This document shows, in pieces, positions 52,674-62,962 of a stretch of 64,000 bases of DNA. This DNA is from a virus. How positions within the stretch are numbered: the stretch's first letter is position 1; each line of letters starts with the position of its first letter. Under the pieces are notes generated by a model. The model searched no databases. It saw only the letters and a list, made by a program, of their open reading frames with translations, and was not told the DNA's origin. The stretch lies in IMG/VR virus record IMGVR_UViG_3300037510_000343, one strand, 5' to 3'. The position numbers and the translations under genes were made by a program.

Positions 52674-53431
52674 TTATGGCAGATTTTACTTTAGAGTTAG
52701 CCAAGGAATTAGTTACCTCGCAAGAACAGTTTCCAATTGATTTTGAAGATGCTTATTTGTGGCTAGATTATTCTAGAAAGGATAATGCAAAAACAAGTTT
52801 TTTGAAGTGTGGTTTTATTGAGGGCGTAGATTACACACTCCTGCGAGTTAAGGAGCGTGTCAATGGCAACAATGGTGGTGGCATAGTTTCCAAAGAAACA
52901 ATTTATTTAACTGTAGATTGTTTTAAGCATTGGGGAATGATGATAAATAGCGAAAAAGGTCGTCAGATACGATTATATTTCTTGGAATGTGAGAAGCAAT
53001 TAAAAACTATTACTACTAAACCCAAATCTGCTATTGAATTGTTTGAGTACCACTTAAATATTGCTAAAGAACACGAACAACGCCTTCTACAAATAGAAGA
53101 AAACAACAAACGTTTAACGGAATCTCAAGAAGTTCTAGAAGCTGAAACTGATTTCATTAAAGAAACGCTCATCGCAATAGACGAAGAACTTTCAGCCAAC
53201 ACAGCGGAGCTAGAGAGGTTCAGCAATGGTCATGGGACTTTTTACTCTATTGCTGGTTGGTGTAGCAAGATAGGACTGAAAAAAGATTTACCTTGGATGA
53301 CTCGTCAAGGCCGTTTAGCATCTGCCCGTACTCGTAACTTGGGCATCACACCAGTCAAGGTAAATGACCCTCGGTATGGTACTGTTAACACGTATCCTGA
53401 CTCCGTACTAGAAACACTTAATTGGGAATAA
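52670..53431 (+). CDS. antirepressor-like protein (same N-domain as 14342)
   Basis: FPIDFEDAYLWLDYSRKDNAK, KGRQIRLYFLECEK; C-terminal DPRYGTVNTYP. Confidence 0.75.
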   Translation: MIMADFTLELAKELVTSQEQFPIDFEDAYLWLDYSRKDNAKTSFLKCGFIEGVDYTLLRVKERVNGNNGGGIVSKETIYLTVDCFKHWGMMINSEKGRQIRLYFLECEKQLKTITTKPKSAIELFEYHLNIAKEHEQRLLQIEENNKRLTESQEVLEAETDFIKETLIAIDEELSANTAELERFSNGHGTFYSIAGWCSKIGLKKDLPWMTRQGRLASARTRNLGITPVKVNDPRYGTVNTYPDSVLETLNWE

Positions 53432-53435
53432 AAAT

Positions 53436-53846
53436 ATGGCTAGTGTATTGCAATCCTGGGTAGCAGATCTACCGCTAATGCAACAAAGTGTTTTGTTATC
53501 TGCTGTACGTGGAGTAGATGGTGTTAGTAAGGAAAACTACACTAAATACATTACTCGTAGAATAAGGAACTTAGTTCTAGTAGACGCTAGACCAATGTCA
53601 GATCACTCATTTATGCGAGCTAATGAAGGTCGCTTAATTGATGAGGTGGCGCAGTTCTTGCGCGATTATGATGCTTATCCTGTTCATTATATGTTGCATT
53701 TGCTCCAAGCAATGGAAGTAATTGGATATAAGCATCCCGTCTCCATCGTCAGAGAAACATGGATAACGGCTTACCAAGAAATTGTTCATTCGTTTCATTT
53801 GAATATCGAGACAGAAGAACAGCTAGACTTAAGACTACCTAACTAA
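53436..53846 (+). CDS. conserved-type hypothetical protein
   Basis: SVLQSWV..LPLMQQSVLLSAVRG.DG...P.HY..HL..A.EVIGYKHP pattern. Confidence 0.65.
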   Translation: MASVLQSWVADLPLMQQSVLLSAVRGVDGVSKENYTKYITRRIRNLVLVDARPMSDHSFMRANEGRLIDEVAQFLRDYDAYPVHYMLHLLQAMEVIGYKHPVSIVRETWITAYQEIVHSFHLNIETEEQLDLRLPN

Positions 53847-53888
53847 TTATTATTTCGGACTCTTTTTCCACACACTTAAGGTTTTACT

Positions 53889-54875
53889 ATGTCAGAAGAA
53901 ATTCAATACCTACAATTGCTCGACCGCGTTTTGAAGACAGGAAGCAAGAAAACTATCTTCTCTCCCACAGATAAGCTAGGCACAATCGAGCGCAACAAAT
54001 ACAAAGAAGTAGACAAAGATAGCAAATACATTCTGTCTGTATTTGGGGCAATGCTTACATTTGATTGCTCGAACGGTACAATCCCTATCTACACAAGTAA
54101 GGCTGTGTACTACCCTGGAGCCTTCAAAGAGATGCTCTGGTTTCTGACAGGGAATGGCAATGTAGCGGCTTTACATCAACAGAAAGTCCCGATCTGGAAT
54201 GGGTTTGCGTATAAGTATTGGTTGAAGAAAAATAATTTAACAGCCGACAAGTTTGCATTCGAGGATTTTGTGAATTGTTACCTGAACAAAGAGAAGTTCA
54301 TCATTCCTGTGCCGTATACCGATTTCACAGACTACTGTACGAGCCAAGGACACATCGATCAGACTCGTTGGGTGATTGATACCGTTCAGAAAACTCCTGA
54401 CCGTAAGAGCTTCGTGGTATCTGCCTGGAATCCTGCTCGACTGTATGGGATGTCTGAGATATCAGGGCTAGAGAGTGTCGTGCTAGCCGCTTGTCACTGC
54501 GAGCACCAAGTAGTGGTGAATGATGGAAGGTTGAATTTGCGCGTTAGCATCAGATCGTCAGATACAATTTTGGGTTTACCATTCAATGTTTGTCAATACG
54601 GTCTTTTGTTGCACATGTATGCAAAGTGTACTGGATTCGAGCCAGGGACTTTGCTTATTCATTTAACAGATGCTCACATATATAGCGACCAAATTGAGAA
54701 CTCTCTGGTGCAAATTGCCAAGAAAGATACTGAACTCAAGCCCTTTCCCACACTATCTATCGTTGATCGAGGACAAAAGTATCTAACTGATTTTGTGTAC
54801 AGCGACTTCAAAGTACACAGTTATTATCCTGAAGAATCACTATCATTTCCGTTAACATTAGTAGGGGGTTATTAA
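53889..54875 (+). CDS. thyA: thymidylate synthase
   Basis: EMLWFLTG, SAWNP, LAACH, RSSDTILGLPFN, DAHIY. Confidence 0.93.
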   Translation: MSEEIQYLQLLDRVLKTGSKKTIFSPTDKLGTIERNKYKEVDKDSKYILSVFGAMLTFDCSNGTIPIYTSKAVYYPGAFKEMLWFLTGNGNVAALHQQKVPIWNGFAYKYWLKKNNLTADKFAFEDFVNCYLNKEKFIIPVPYTDFTDYCTSQGHIDQTRWVIDTVQKTPDRKSFVVSAWNPARLYGMSEISGLESVVLAACHCEHQVVVNDGRLNLRVSIRSSDTILGLPFNVCQYGLLLHMYAKCTGFEPGTLLIHLTDAHIYSDQIENSLVQIAKKDTELKPFPTLSIVDRGQKYLTDFVYSDFKVHSYYPEESLSFPLTLVGGY

Positions 54876-55469
54876 TGGTAATAACATATCAGATAATAAG
54901 CACCATTTACCAGTTAATAGACATGCTTCAACATGAAGATATCATGCCAGAGATCTCCAAGATATTAAAGCAACTAAAAGATGGGCAAGTTAAAGAAGCT
55001 TATCGGAATTTGCAGTACGTAATAGAGAAACCCGATTTAGATCCCCAGCTAAAAGCTGAACTAGCTAATATTAGTCTGTCATTATCTATCCGCATACTAA
55101 GTCAAAAGTAATGACTAATTTTGACGACATTCAGAAACAGATTAGTAATTTAAAAGCCGAAGGAGTAGACGTATCTAGATTGGAGCATCAACTACATTGG
55201 GCTAGACGATTAAGGAAAACGTCCGCAAATCTCAAACAATTACAAGACGAAGTACAACACTTAATAGATAAAGGAACTAACTGATGTCTGACGATTTTCG
55301 CAACGAAGCCAAGGTTGTTCGCATTCAAAAAGAAAGTGAGCAATCTGTTCAACCAGAATCAGACAAGGATGTAGATAAGGAAGAGTTACTTAAGACTAAC
55401 AAAAAAATTGCTCAACACGATATAGAGACAATAAAAGAAATAACCCTCGACAATCAAGACTAAGTAAAT

Positions 55470-55521
55470 GTCCGAAATAAATAGGATATGTATTTATCTG
55501 ACCCCCCTATTTATTTCGGTC
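55470..55521. repeat. inverted pair of the dispersed motif (long spacer)
   Basis: GTCCGAAATAAATAG...CTATTTATTTCGGTC. Confidence 0.8.
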
Positions 55522-55543
55522 TCATTTCATTACCTGATTTATT

Positions 55544-56089
55544 ATGACTAACAATTTAGGATGCATGACAGCTCAAGAACCAATAGTTGAGTATTATTGT
55601 GATGATTTATTCTTTACAGGAGAAGTTACACCTAGCTCAGCTCATCAACTAGCTAAGTTAGTAAGGAAAATTGAAGCTGAGAGAGAAAATTCAACAGACA
55701 AGGATATTACCTTATATTTATCTTCTCCTGGTGGGGAAGTAAATTCCTCCATGAGAACCCACGACATTATCAAAAAGTCTAGTTTGAATGTTGCGATAAT
55801 TGCAGAGGGTATGGTTGCTTCAGGGGCTACCTTATTGATGTGTGCTGGAAAGTCTGTTTGTATAGCAGAGAATGCTTTCTTGATGTTGCACGAAGCTCAG
55901 TCTTACTTTCAAAATACATATACTAATAACAAAAATTACTTAGCTTATGTTGATCGCTTAATGACTAAGATTGTGGATATTTATAATACTAGGCTCAAGC
56001 AACCCATCAGTAAAAGTGATTTAGCATTTGATTGGTTTATTGACTCAAGGACAGCACTAGATCTTGGTTTAGTAGATAAGGTAATTTAG
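55544..56089 (+). CDS. ClpP-like serine protease
   Basis: LSSPGGEV, VASGAT (Ser), LMLHE (His), DWFID..ALDLGLVDKVI. Confidence 0.85.
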   Translation: MTNNLGCMTAQEPIVEYYCDDLFFTGEVTPSSAHQLAKLVRKIEAERENSTDKDITLYLSSPGGEVNSSMRTHDIIKKSSLNVAIIAEGMVASGATLLMCAGKSVCIAENAFLMLHEAQSYFQNTYTNNKNYLAYVDRLMTKIVDIYNTRLKQPISKSDLAFDWFIDSRTALDLGLVDKVI

Positions 56090-56892
56090 TTATGTTGGAT
56101 AGTACGAGTAAGTCTTTCCAGGCGATTAATTCAGTATTAACTTCCGATGATCCGTATTTAGCTATTGATAAGGATAGTCCCATAGCTATTATTTTTAGTG
56201 CTACATCTCAGCCTGATAATATCTCACTTGTCAAATTTCTTCAAGTTTACAAAGATAATAAAATAACTGATTGTATTATTGCTTGTAAGACCGTTAGCTT
56301 TCTTTCGGTATGTCCTGAGCTATGGGACTATCCGATGTGCATTGTGAATGGTGAGCACCAATGTGTAGTCGCTTATATTTTGTTGCCGAACAAAGAAATA
56401 GAAGACGACCAAGTTAGAACATTTGCACAACAATTTTCTCAGTTTGGTAAAGTAGGTATTTTCTGTGAGATAGCAGGATGAAAAAATCAGAGTTATTAGC
56501 AAAACTCGAGACAATCCCCGATGATGCTGAGTTATTTATCCTAGACGAAGAATTTGATGTGTGGGTTAAGGTCACACATGTGGGAGCTACTACATTACAC
56601 AAGTTTGATACAACAGACCGCTATATTGAACAAGAAAATTGGGTGTACGACCCCACTGAATTACATTCGCCTATTAACGCTATTTGTATGTTATGAGTGA
56701 GACGCCCGAAAATAATAAGGCACCATGGGTAATACCTGTGATTCGATGGTGCAACATAAATAATTGGACACAACCAGAGTATCGAGAGCTAGAAGGTATG
56801 TGGTATGCTTTTCCTCCTTATGAGGATTCTAAACAGCCCGTACCTTATTTTGTTGATTTGTGTCAGAGATATTTAGGACGAGACAATAACTT

Positions 56893-57381
56893 ATGACAAT
56901 TAGCATAATTGCGGCTGTTGCGCTTAACGGGATTATTGGTAATGGTGGGAAACTACCTTGGCGGAGAATTGATGTAGATATGCAGCACTTCTTTGACACA
57001 ACAGTGAACAATACAGTGATTATGGGGGCTACTACGTTTCTTGATGACTTAAAAGGAAGATCCTTGTACGACCGTCAAAATGTGGTGTTAACTAATAATC
57101 GCGTAAATGAAGTATCTCGTTATGTGAATATTGAGGTAGCCACCAATCCAGAACAAGCACTTGGCCTTAGTTCTGAATTTAATGATGTATTTGTTATTGG
57201 TGGAGCGAAAATATACCAAGTTTTTCTACCAATGGTAAACACTATGTACATCTCCCACGTTTTAAGTGTTTACGAAGGAGATACTTACTTTCCAGCAATA
57301 GATTGGAGTGAATGGAAGTTAGAGTCCGAAATAAATAGGGATGATGTGGTACATATAAATAAGTACGTAAGGAAAGTGTAA
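56893..57381 (+). CDS. folA: dihydrofolate reductase
   Basis: IIAAVALNGIIG..GKLPW, DMQHF, VIMG..T, R.NVVLT, VIGGAKIY, EGDTYFP. Confidence 0.95.
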   Translation: MTISIIAAVALNGIIGNGGKLPWRRIDVDMQHFFDTTVNNTVIMGATTFLDDLKGRSLYDRQNVVLTNNRVNEVSRYVNIEVATNPEQALGLSSEFNDVFVIGGAKIYQVFLPMVNTMYISHVLSVYEGDTYFPAIDWSEWKLESEINRDDVVHINKYVRKV

Positions 57382-57384
57382 TTA

Positions 57385-57861
57385 ATGTTGTTAGCAATTG
57401 ATCCGGGATATCGTAATATGGGCTACTGTGTGGGGGATTCAAGCACACTAAAAGTAGTTGTCAGTGGCACCATAGTTACTAAAGGGGATAATTTTCCGGA
57501 TCAATTGCGACAACTATATCAAGAATTAGGGTACTTAATTTGTGAGCACAATATTGTTAGTTTGGTTTATGAGAAACCTGTTTATGCAGTAGGGCATAAA
57601 ACCGGCAATAAAGTACAACAGTCTATTGCTATATTGTTATTGCTTTGCGCTATTTACAGTATTCAAGATATAACCACATATACTCCTAGTGAAATTAAGC
57701 TATTACTAACTAACAGTGGTAAGGCATCTAAAATAGATATCCAGCAAAGCATATTAAAATACTTACCAGATAGTACATTTAAAGTAGATCACGAAAGTGA
57801 TGCTATTGGAATGTACATTTGTTGGTATAACAGTTGTGTTAATACTGTTCTTAAACCATAA
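57385..57861 (+). CDS. ruvC: Holliday junction resolvase
   Basis: LAIDPG...GYC, VYEKP, YTPSEIK...SGKASK, DHESDAI. Confidence 0.9.
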   Translation: MLLAIDPGYRNMGYCVGDSSTLKVVVSGTIVTKGDNFPDQLRQLYQELGYLICEHNIVSLVYEKPVYAVGHKTGNKVQQSIAILLLLCAIYSIQDITTYTPSEIKLLLTNSGKASKIDIQQSILKYLPDSTFKVDHESDAIGMYICWYNSCVNTVLKP

Positions 57862-59208
57862 AGGGATTATTGCGGGTAAATTACACACCGAAAACACCTT
57901 TAATAGAAATGGAGATTATATTACTAATCGCAAAGCTATTCAAGCTAAATGCCGCGAAGAAGTATACAACTTAGTACTGCTAACTACTTCAGATATAGAA
58001 GAACGCTTAATTGGTAATCAAAAAGATTTATTAGTATCTAATTACCCCAAGTCATTAGATGACTATTACTTTAAGGTAGGTAATACTAAGTTGTTTCCGA
58101 TTGAAGCATTAGTAATACCGATTTACGGTAAGTGGCATTATATGGACAGATTTGAACCACCTACTGAACCTATGACACCCGAGGATTATGCAAGATGCAA
58201 ACTAGAGCTAGAGACTTGATGGAATGGCTGGTATTAGACGATATACCCCTGGGTAGCACTATTACATTAGATGAGATTTATAGCCTGTACTTTTATGCCC
58301 GCATTCCTCCTGATCAAAATAAAGAAAAGATAGTAGGAACAGTGATTAACAACTTAATAGACAGAGGATTTATTACAAGAGAAGAGAACACATTTACTAA
58401 GCGTTACTATATGGATCGCTAACAGTATGGCAGTAACACTAATTCACGCAGAAGCTACAGATGAGCTTCTAGCTTCGCTGTGTGTACACAACAACAAAGC
58501 ATTTAATTTAGGCACAATAAAACAACAATATCCTATCTGGGATAAGAATGGTAAAAAGTATCAAGACATAGCAGAAGCTTATTTGACTTACTACAAAGAG
58601 ATATCTAGTTACCGTAGAGAAGAATTTTGTGGCAGACTTTATTTTAAACGATTTACGTTGTATCCACATTTAGTTACTCAAATAACTAATCAAGGTGGAT
58701 TACATTGGTTTTCTGGTAAATCAATACCAGATAATGAATTACCGGATATTAGCAATTACTCATTACGTCGTAAGTTAATATCTGCGTACAAGTCAGCTTT
58801 AGATCAACCCCCACACAGATTTATTCTTTAGTTATGTCAAAAGTCCCAGCAATAGATGTTTGGTTAGATCAAATATTGTCTTCTTATTTAATGCAGTATC
58901 CTTATTCTTATCAAAGATTTTTTAGAAACGAGATAAGTGTAACTAAATATCGTACTGAAGATTCTATAATTACTTACAAAAATAAAATAATATCTACTTT
59001 TAATTCAGACACAAAAGAAGGTGTTATCTATTTAGTAAGCCCCGAAATTACTTACCTTAGACGCATTAATTCAATACTTAGATGTCTCGACTTTCAACAA
59101 AAGCAGTTTACTATTAAGAGCAATAAATATTACAGCAACAATATTGAGTATCCGTATACCGAGTATCGGTTTGTAATCAAACACGAATTAGAGGATATTG
59201 TATTTTAA
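57797..59208 (+). other. cluster of hypothetical CDSs (57797, 58195, 58427, 58834)
   Basis: Co-oriented, abutting ORFs. Confidence 0.55.
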
Positions 59209-59984
59209 TGAATGATATTGTAGTAAAACCTAAATTGGAAGTAGAAAGTTTGTCAACAAATCAATACTTTATTTACGAGATATACAAACAAAGTAATTTG
59301 ACAAACCTTAATAACTTATCTGTTCTGGCATACAAAGAGTGGTTGTGGAAGAATATTTGTGCTGCTACTAGCAATTCGTCCGAAATAAAGACTGAGCTAT
59401 TCAAGTTATTGTCCTTTTCTACTAGATATCCCAATAAGGTACTCACAGTAATATGTGACGATTCAGAAGTGTCTCATGGGGAAACAATAATCGAATGCTT
59501 AAATTGGTTAAGGAAACCAACACTAACTAAGATAATCTCAGGAGGTCAACACGGAGCTGACTTAGCGGGATTACAAGCTGCTAAGGAATTAGGTATACCT
59601 ACTGGTGGTACTGCTCCAAAACATTATCGAGTATGTTTACCTGATGGTAGTGATTCTACTAATCCAGAATTAAAGGAATATGGATTAACAGAGTCCGATA
59701 GTTATTCGTATCAACCCAGAACAATTAAGAATGTATTGGATAGTGATGGTACTGTTTGGTTTGAATACGATAAATCTCCTGGTGGTAAATTAACTATTAG
59801 TACGTGTCGTAAACATGATAAACCTTATTTAATTAACCCAAGTGCTATTGATTTATTTTATTGGGTTAAGACTAAACATATTACTACGCTTAATGTAGCT
59901 GGAAATAGAGTAAGTGATTTAAACCCCGATATTGTTGCAACTACTTTTAATACTATTAAGGAAGCTTTCAGATATACTACTTAA
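59208..59984 (+). CDS. SLOG-family (putative MoCo-carrier-like) protein with a degenerate DUF4326-like N-part
   Basis: KIISGGQHGADLAGL..A..LGIPTGG.AP, RT..NV.DSDGT, LNVAGNR. Confidence 0.8.
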   Translation: MNDIVVKPKLEVESLSTNQYFIYEIYKQSNLTNLNNLSVLAYKEWLWKNICAATSNSSEIKTELFKLLSFSTRYPNKVLTVICDDSEVSHGETIIECLNWLRKPTLTKIISGGQHGADLAGLQAAKELGIPTGGTAPKHYRVCLPDGSDSTNPELKEYGLTESDSYSYQPRTIKNVLDSDGTVWFEYDKSPGGKLTISTCRKHDKPYLINPSAIDLFYWVKTKHITTLNVAGNRVSDLNPDIVATTFNTIKEAFRYTT

Positions 59985-60418
59985 TCATGTTAGAAATTAA
60001 ATACATTTCAGCCACATCACTAAGTGCTTTAGAAGAAATACTCAATTCGCAGTATCTTAATAACGGTTATTCCCCAGTGGGTAACGTTACTTATCTCGAA
60101 GACAGATTAATGCATTATGTGCAGGCCGTAATTAAGCCCGTTAAAGAACCTCGCCCAACAATCTCACTAGAACCGCCAGCACTAAATAAGCCCCGCTTGA
60201 GTTGATACTTACTTATTGTTTCGGACTCCTATTATCTCCCTCTATTATTAAAAATGAAGAAAAAATTGCCACTCCCCTTTTTTATAATAATTTGCTAATA
60301 TTATTATTATTACCTTTAATCCCTAGACAATAATAGAAAATAATAATGTATACGCGATAAGGGTTTCAGGCTATGAATTATTAATTGTGAAACTTGAATA
60401 ATAAAAATAATAGAGCGT

Positions 60419-61312
60419 ATGAGAAAGATGATCAAGGATTATTCAGAGATGCCAGTGTTACCCACTCAGTACGTGGCAGGGATGTTTCCCATAGGTAAAG
60501 TAAGTGCCCTAATTGGCAATGGGGGAGTCGGAAAAAGTTTTAGCTTGTTGCTGGCTAGTATGTCTGTAACAAGCGGGTATACTTTCTTACCTAGAGAGGA
60601 CTACCCTATTTGGGACGACAAGAAAGTCATGCTAATAGAGACCGAAAATCGCAGCAGGACTTTTTATGACCGCTTAGTACTAGCAGGTGCGACTATTGAA
60701 AACTACTATGTTCCTACTGACTGCTTAACTAACACAATTTGTTTTTCGGACGATAAAGATAGAACTTCGATAGAAGAAGAAATTCAAGATCCAGAAACAG
60801 TTATGGTAATAGTTGATTCTTTAGCTGGATTTAACGGAGGTATCGACGAAAATACAGTTGCTGCTAGTGCCTCAATTAAGTGGTTAGGTAACTTGGCCCA
60901 GAAATACCACAAGGCGGTAGTTATAAGTCATTTCCTGAATAAAACAGAAATAGCTAGCAAAATAACTACTGAGAATATGCGAGGGCATAGTAGTTGCCAA
61001 CAGTATATTGAGTTAATTTGGGCGATTGATAAAGAAAAAGGTTCTGAAAAAGTAAAAAGACTTTATCAGATTAAAAACAATGTTAGTGAGTTGGATGATA
61101 CTGTCTACAAATTTAAACTCACCAATGCTAGTGCGGAGTTTTTAAATGAACCTTCGGCAGCCGAGTTAAAGGGTAAAGCATTGCGAATTAAAATCTATGA
61201 GTCAAATATACAGAAATCCGATAAAGAGATAGCTGAGTTAATTCATGCTACTGAGCCAGACAGTATTATCTACAACTTAATTGCTTGGGTAAAACGTCGT
61301 CGCAAAGGTTAA
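60419..61312 (+). CDS. RecA-fold/AAA_25 (RepA-like) ATPase
   Basis: GNGGVGKS, LIETEN, VIVDSL, ISHFLNK; paralogue of 1..760. Confidence 0.8.
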   Translation: MRKMIKDYSEMPVLPTQYVAGMFPIGKVSALIGNGGVGKSFSLLLASMSVTSGYTFLPREDYPIWDDKKVMLIETENRSRTFYDRLVLAGATIENYYVPTDCLTNTICFSDDKDRTSIEEEIQDPETVMVIVDSLAGFNGGIDENTVAASASIKWLGNLAQKYHKAVVISHFLNKTEIASKITTENMRGHSSCQQYIELIWAIDKEKGSEKVKRLYQIKNNVSELDDTVYKFKLTNASAEFLNEPSAAELKGKALRIKIYESNIQKSDKEIAELIHATEPDSIIYNLIAWVKRRRKG

Positions 61313-61605
61313 TATATGTCTTCTTTATTTATTAACAGAAGAGTAGTCGCAAGCAGACAGCTAAGACATAATATTCACGAAGGAACTGTTGGGTTGATTG
61401 TTGAGTATAGAGCTTCAGATAACAAGTTAGGAATTGAGTGGAGTACAGGTTATTCTGGGTGGCACGATTGGTCTGATGTAGTAATATTACAACCTTAAAG
61501 GATGATTATGGAAACTTTAGCAATTGCAGTGTTGGTGGTACTATTACCTGTTATGTTTATCTTGGGATGGATCTCGGCAAGTATTTTACTGGAGAGTAAA
61601 TAGTA

Positions 61606-62076
61606 ATGGTAATTATTTTAAATAAAAATACTGATATATTTAAGTGGAGATTTCAGGAACCTTATTCAACAGCTTTGGTTGTACCGGTTAATGGATTAGG
61701 AGTTGCTGGAGCAGGACTAGCTAAACAGTTTAAGAATAGATATCCTAATTGGTATGAAGATTACAACCAACAATGTAATTTGAGTAAAGACTTATACAAC
61801 GGAAAGCCTAGTCTGTATAAAGAGCCAAGTATTAAACAGTACTTTATTAATTTTCCAACCAAACAGAATTGGCTGAATAATAGTCAGTTAGAGTTTATTG
61901 AATTAGGACTACGTAATTTAGTTGAATTAATAGAACCTAACCACGAATTAGTTGAGATAGTATTTCCTGCCATTGGATGTGGATTGGGGCGGTTAAAGTT
62001 TGAAGATGTCCGAAATGAAATAGACGTTGCATTTGACGGCTCACCACTTGATGTTTATCTTATTCCACCAAAATGA
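61606..62076 (+). CDS. macro domain protein (ADP-ribose binding/hydrolysis)
   Basis: VPVN..GVAGAGLAKQFK..YP, INFPTK..W, FPAIGCGLG.L. Confidence 0.9.
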   Translation: MVIILNKNTDIFKWRFQEPYSTALVVPVNGLGVAGAGLAKQFKNRYPNWYEDYNQQCNLSKDLYNGKPSLYKEPSIKQYFINFPTKQNWLNNSQLEFIELGLRNLVELIEPNHELVEIVFPAIGCGLGRLKFEDVRNEIDVAFDGSPLDVYLIPPK

Positions 62077-62660
62077 CTACTAGATACTTGATGGTAATTG
62101 ATGTCGAATCAATGGGATTGTATGGCGAAGGTTTCGCTGTAGCTACTGTTATTTATGACAGATTGAATAAAGAGTTTCTAGAGAAAAGGTTAATTGTTTG
62201 CCCACACGATACAGCTACTAATGGGCATTACACTAAAAGTGATTACGAATGGATTGAAGCTAATGTAATTCCTTATCTAGTTGAAGATGATGATCGAATA
62301 GATCTGGATTCTCCGCGAGAAGTTCGTGATACTTGGTATCACCATTACCAAATGGATAAGCTGTACTGTGGCCCAGAGAATATATCTATTACAGATAATC
62401 TGTCCGTATGGGCAGACTGTGGTTATCCTGTAGAGAGCAATTTCCTAAGACAAGTAGCGATAGAGAATCTAAGAGACAGATCTTGGTTGATGCCTTACCC
62501 CCTTAATGAGATAGCTACTGTTAGGGCATTAGTTGGGTTGCATCCTACTGCTAGTTACGACTTACCAAAAGAACAACAACATAATCCATTATCAGAGTGC
62601 AACTATATTGCTGTGAAGTTGGCTGAATGGTTAGATACATTAGCACCCCTAACAATGTGA
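62073..62660 (+). CDS. DEDDh-type 3'-5' exonuclease-like protein
   Basis: VIDVESMGL and HNPLSE motifs. Confidence 0.6.
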   Translation: MTTRYLMVIDVESMGLYGEGFAVATVIYDRLNKEFLEKRLIVCPHDTATNGHYTKSDYEWIEANVIPYLVEDDDRIDLDSPREVRDTWYHHYQMDKLYCGPENISITDNLSVWADCGYPVESNFLRQVAIENLRDRSWLMPYPLNEIATVRALVGLHPTASYDLPKEQQHNPLSECNYIAVKLAEWLDTLAPLTM

Positions 62661-62666
62661 GGTTGT

Positions 62667-62960
62667 ATGCCCATAACTGCATTGCCAGAACAAATAACAA
62701 TACCTGATTTTTTTCCTACCCCTAGTCTTGACCATGGCTGGAATGTTATCTTGCATAACGATGATATTACGCCTTTCCAAATAGTTGTCGAAGCACTAAT
62801 GATTGTGTTGGGATACGACAAACCCCGCAGTGAAGCTATTATGTGGGAAGCTCACACACTAGGTAAAGCGTCAGTTATTGTGACCTCCAAAGTGTTGGCC
62901 GAACAATACAAAGAACGCTTAGAAGCTTATCGTTTAACTATTACTATCGAGGAAATTTAG
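62667..62960 (+). CDS. clpS: Clp protease adaptor ClpS
   Basis: VILHNDDITPFQIVV..L, IMWEAH..GKASV, AE.Y...L..Y.LT.TIE. Confidence 0.9.
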   Translation: MPITALPEQITIPDFFPTPSLDHGWNVILHNDDITPFQIVVEALMIVLGYDKPRSEAIMWEAHTLGKASVIVTSKVLAEQYKERLEAYRLTITIEEI

Positions 62961-62962
62961 TC

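Noticed and set aside
53889..54875. ThyA homologue as a dCMP hydroxymethylase (modified-base pathway)
   Set aside because: It retains the Asn in GLPFN that specifies dUMP and is accompanied by DHFR; a canonical thymidylate synthase is the simpler reading.
10757..55521. Inverted motif pairs as MITE/IS ends
   Set aside because: The arms are only 2-22 bp apart, I see no consistent target-site duplication, and there is no transposase in the window.
154..62821. Numerous short antisense or alternate-frame ORFs in the track (e.g. 1634, 5868, 28375, 36288, 44961)
   Set aside because: They are fully nested in well-supported genes and have no recognisable motifs; treated as shadow ORFs.
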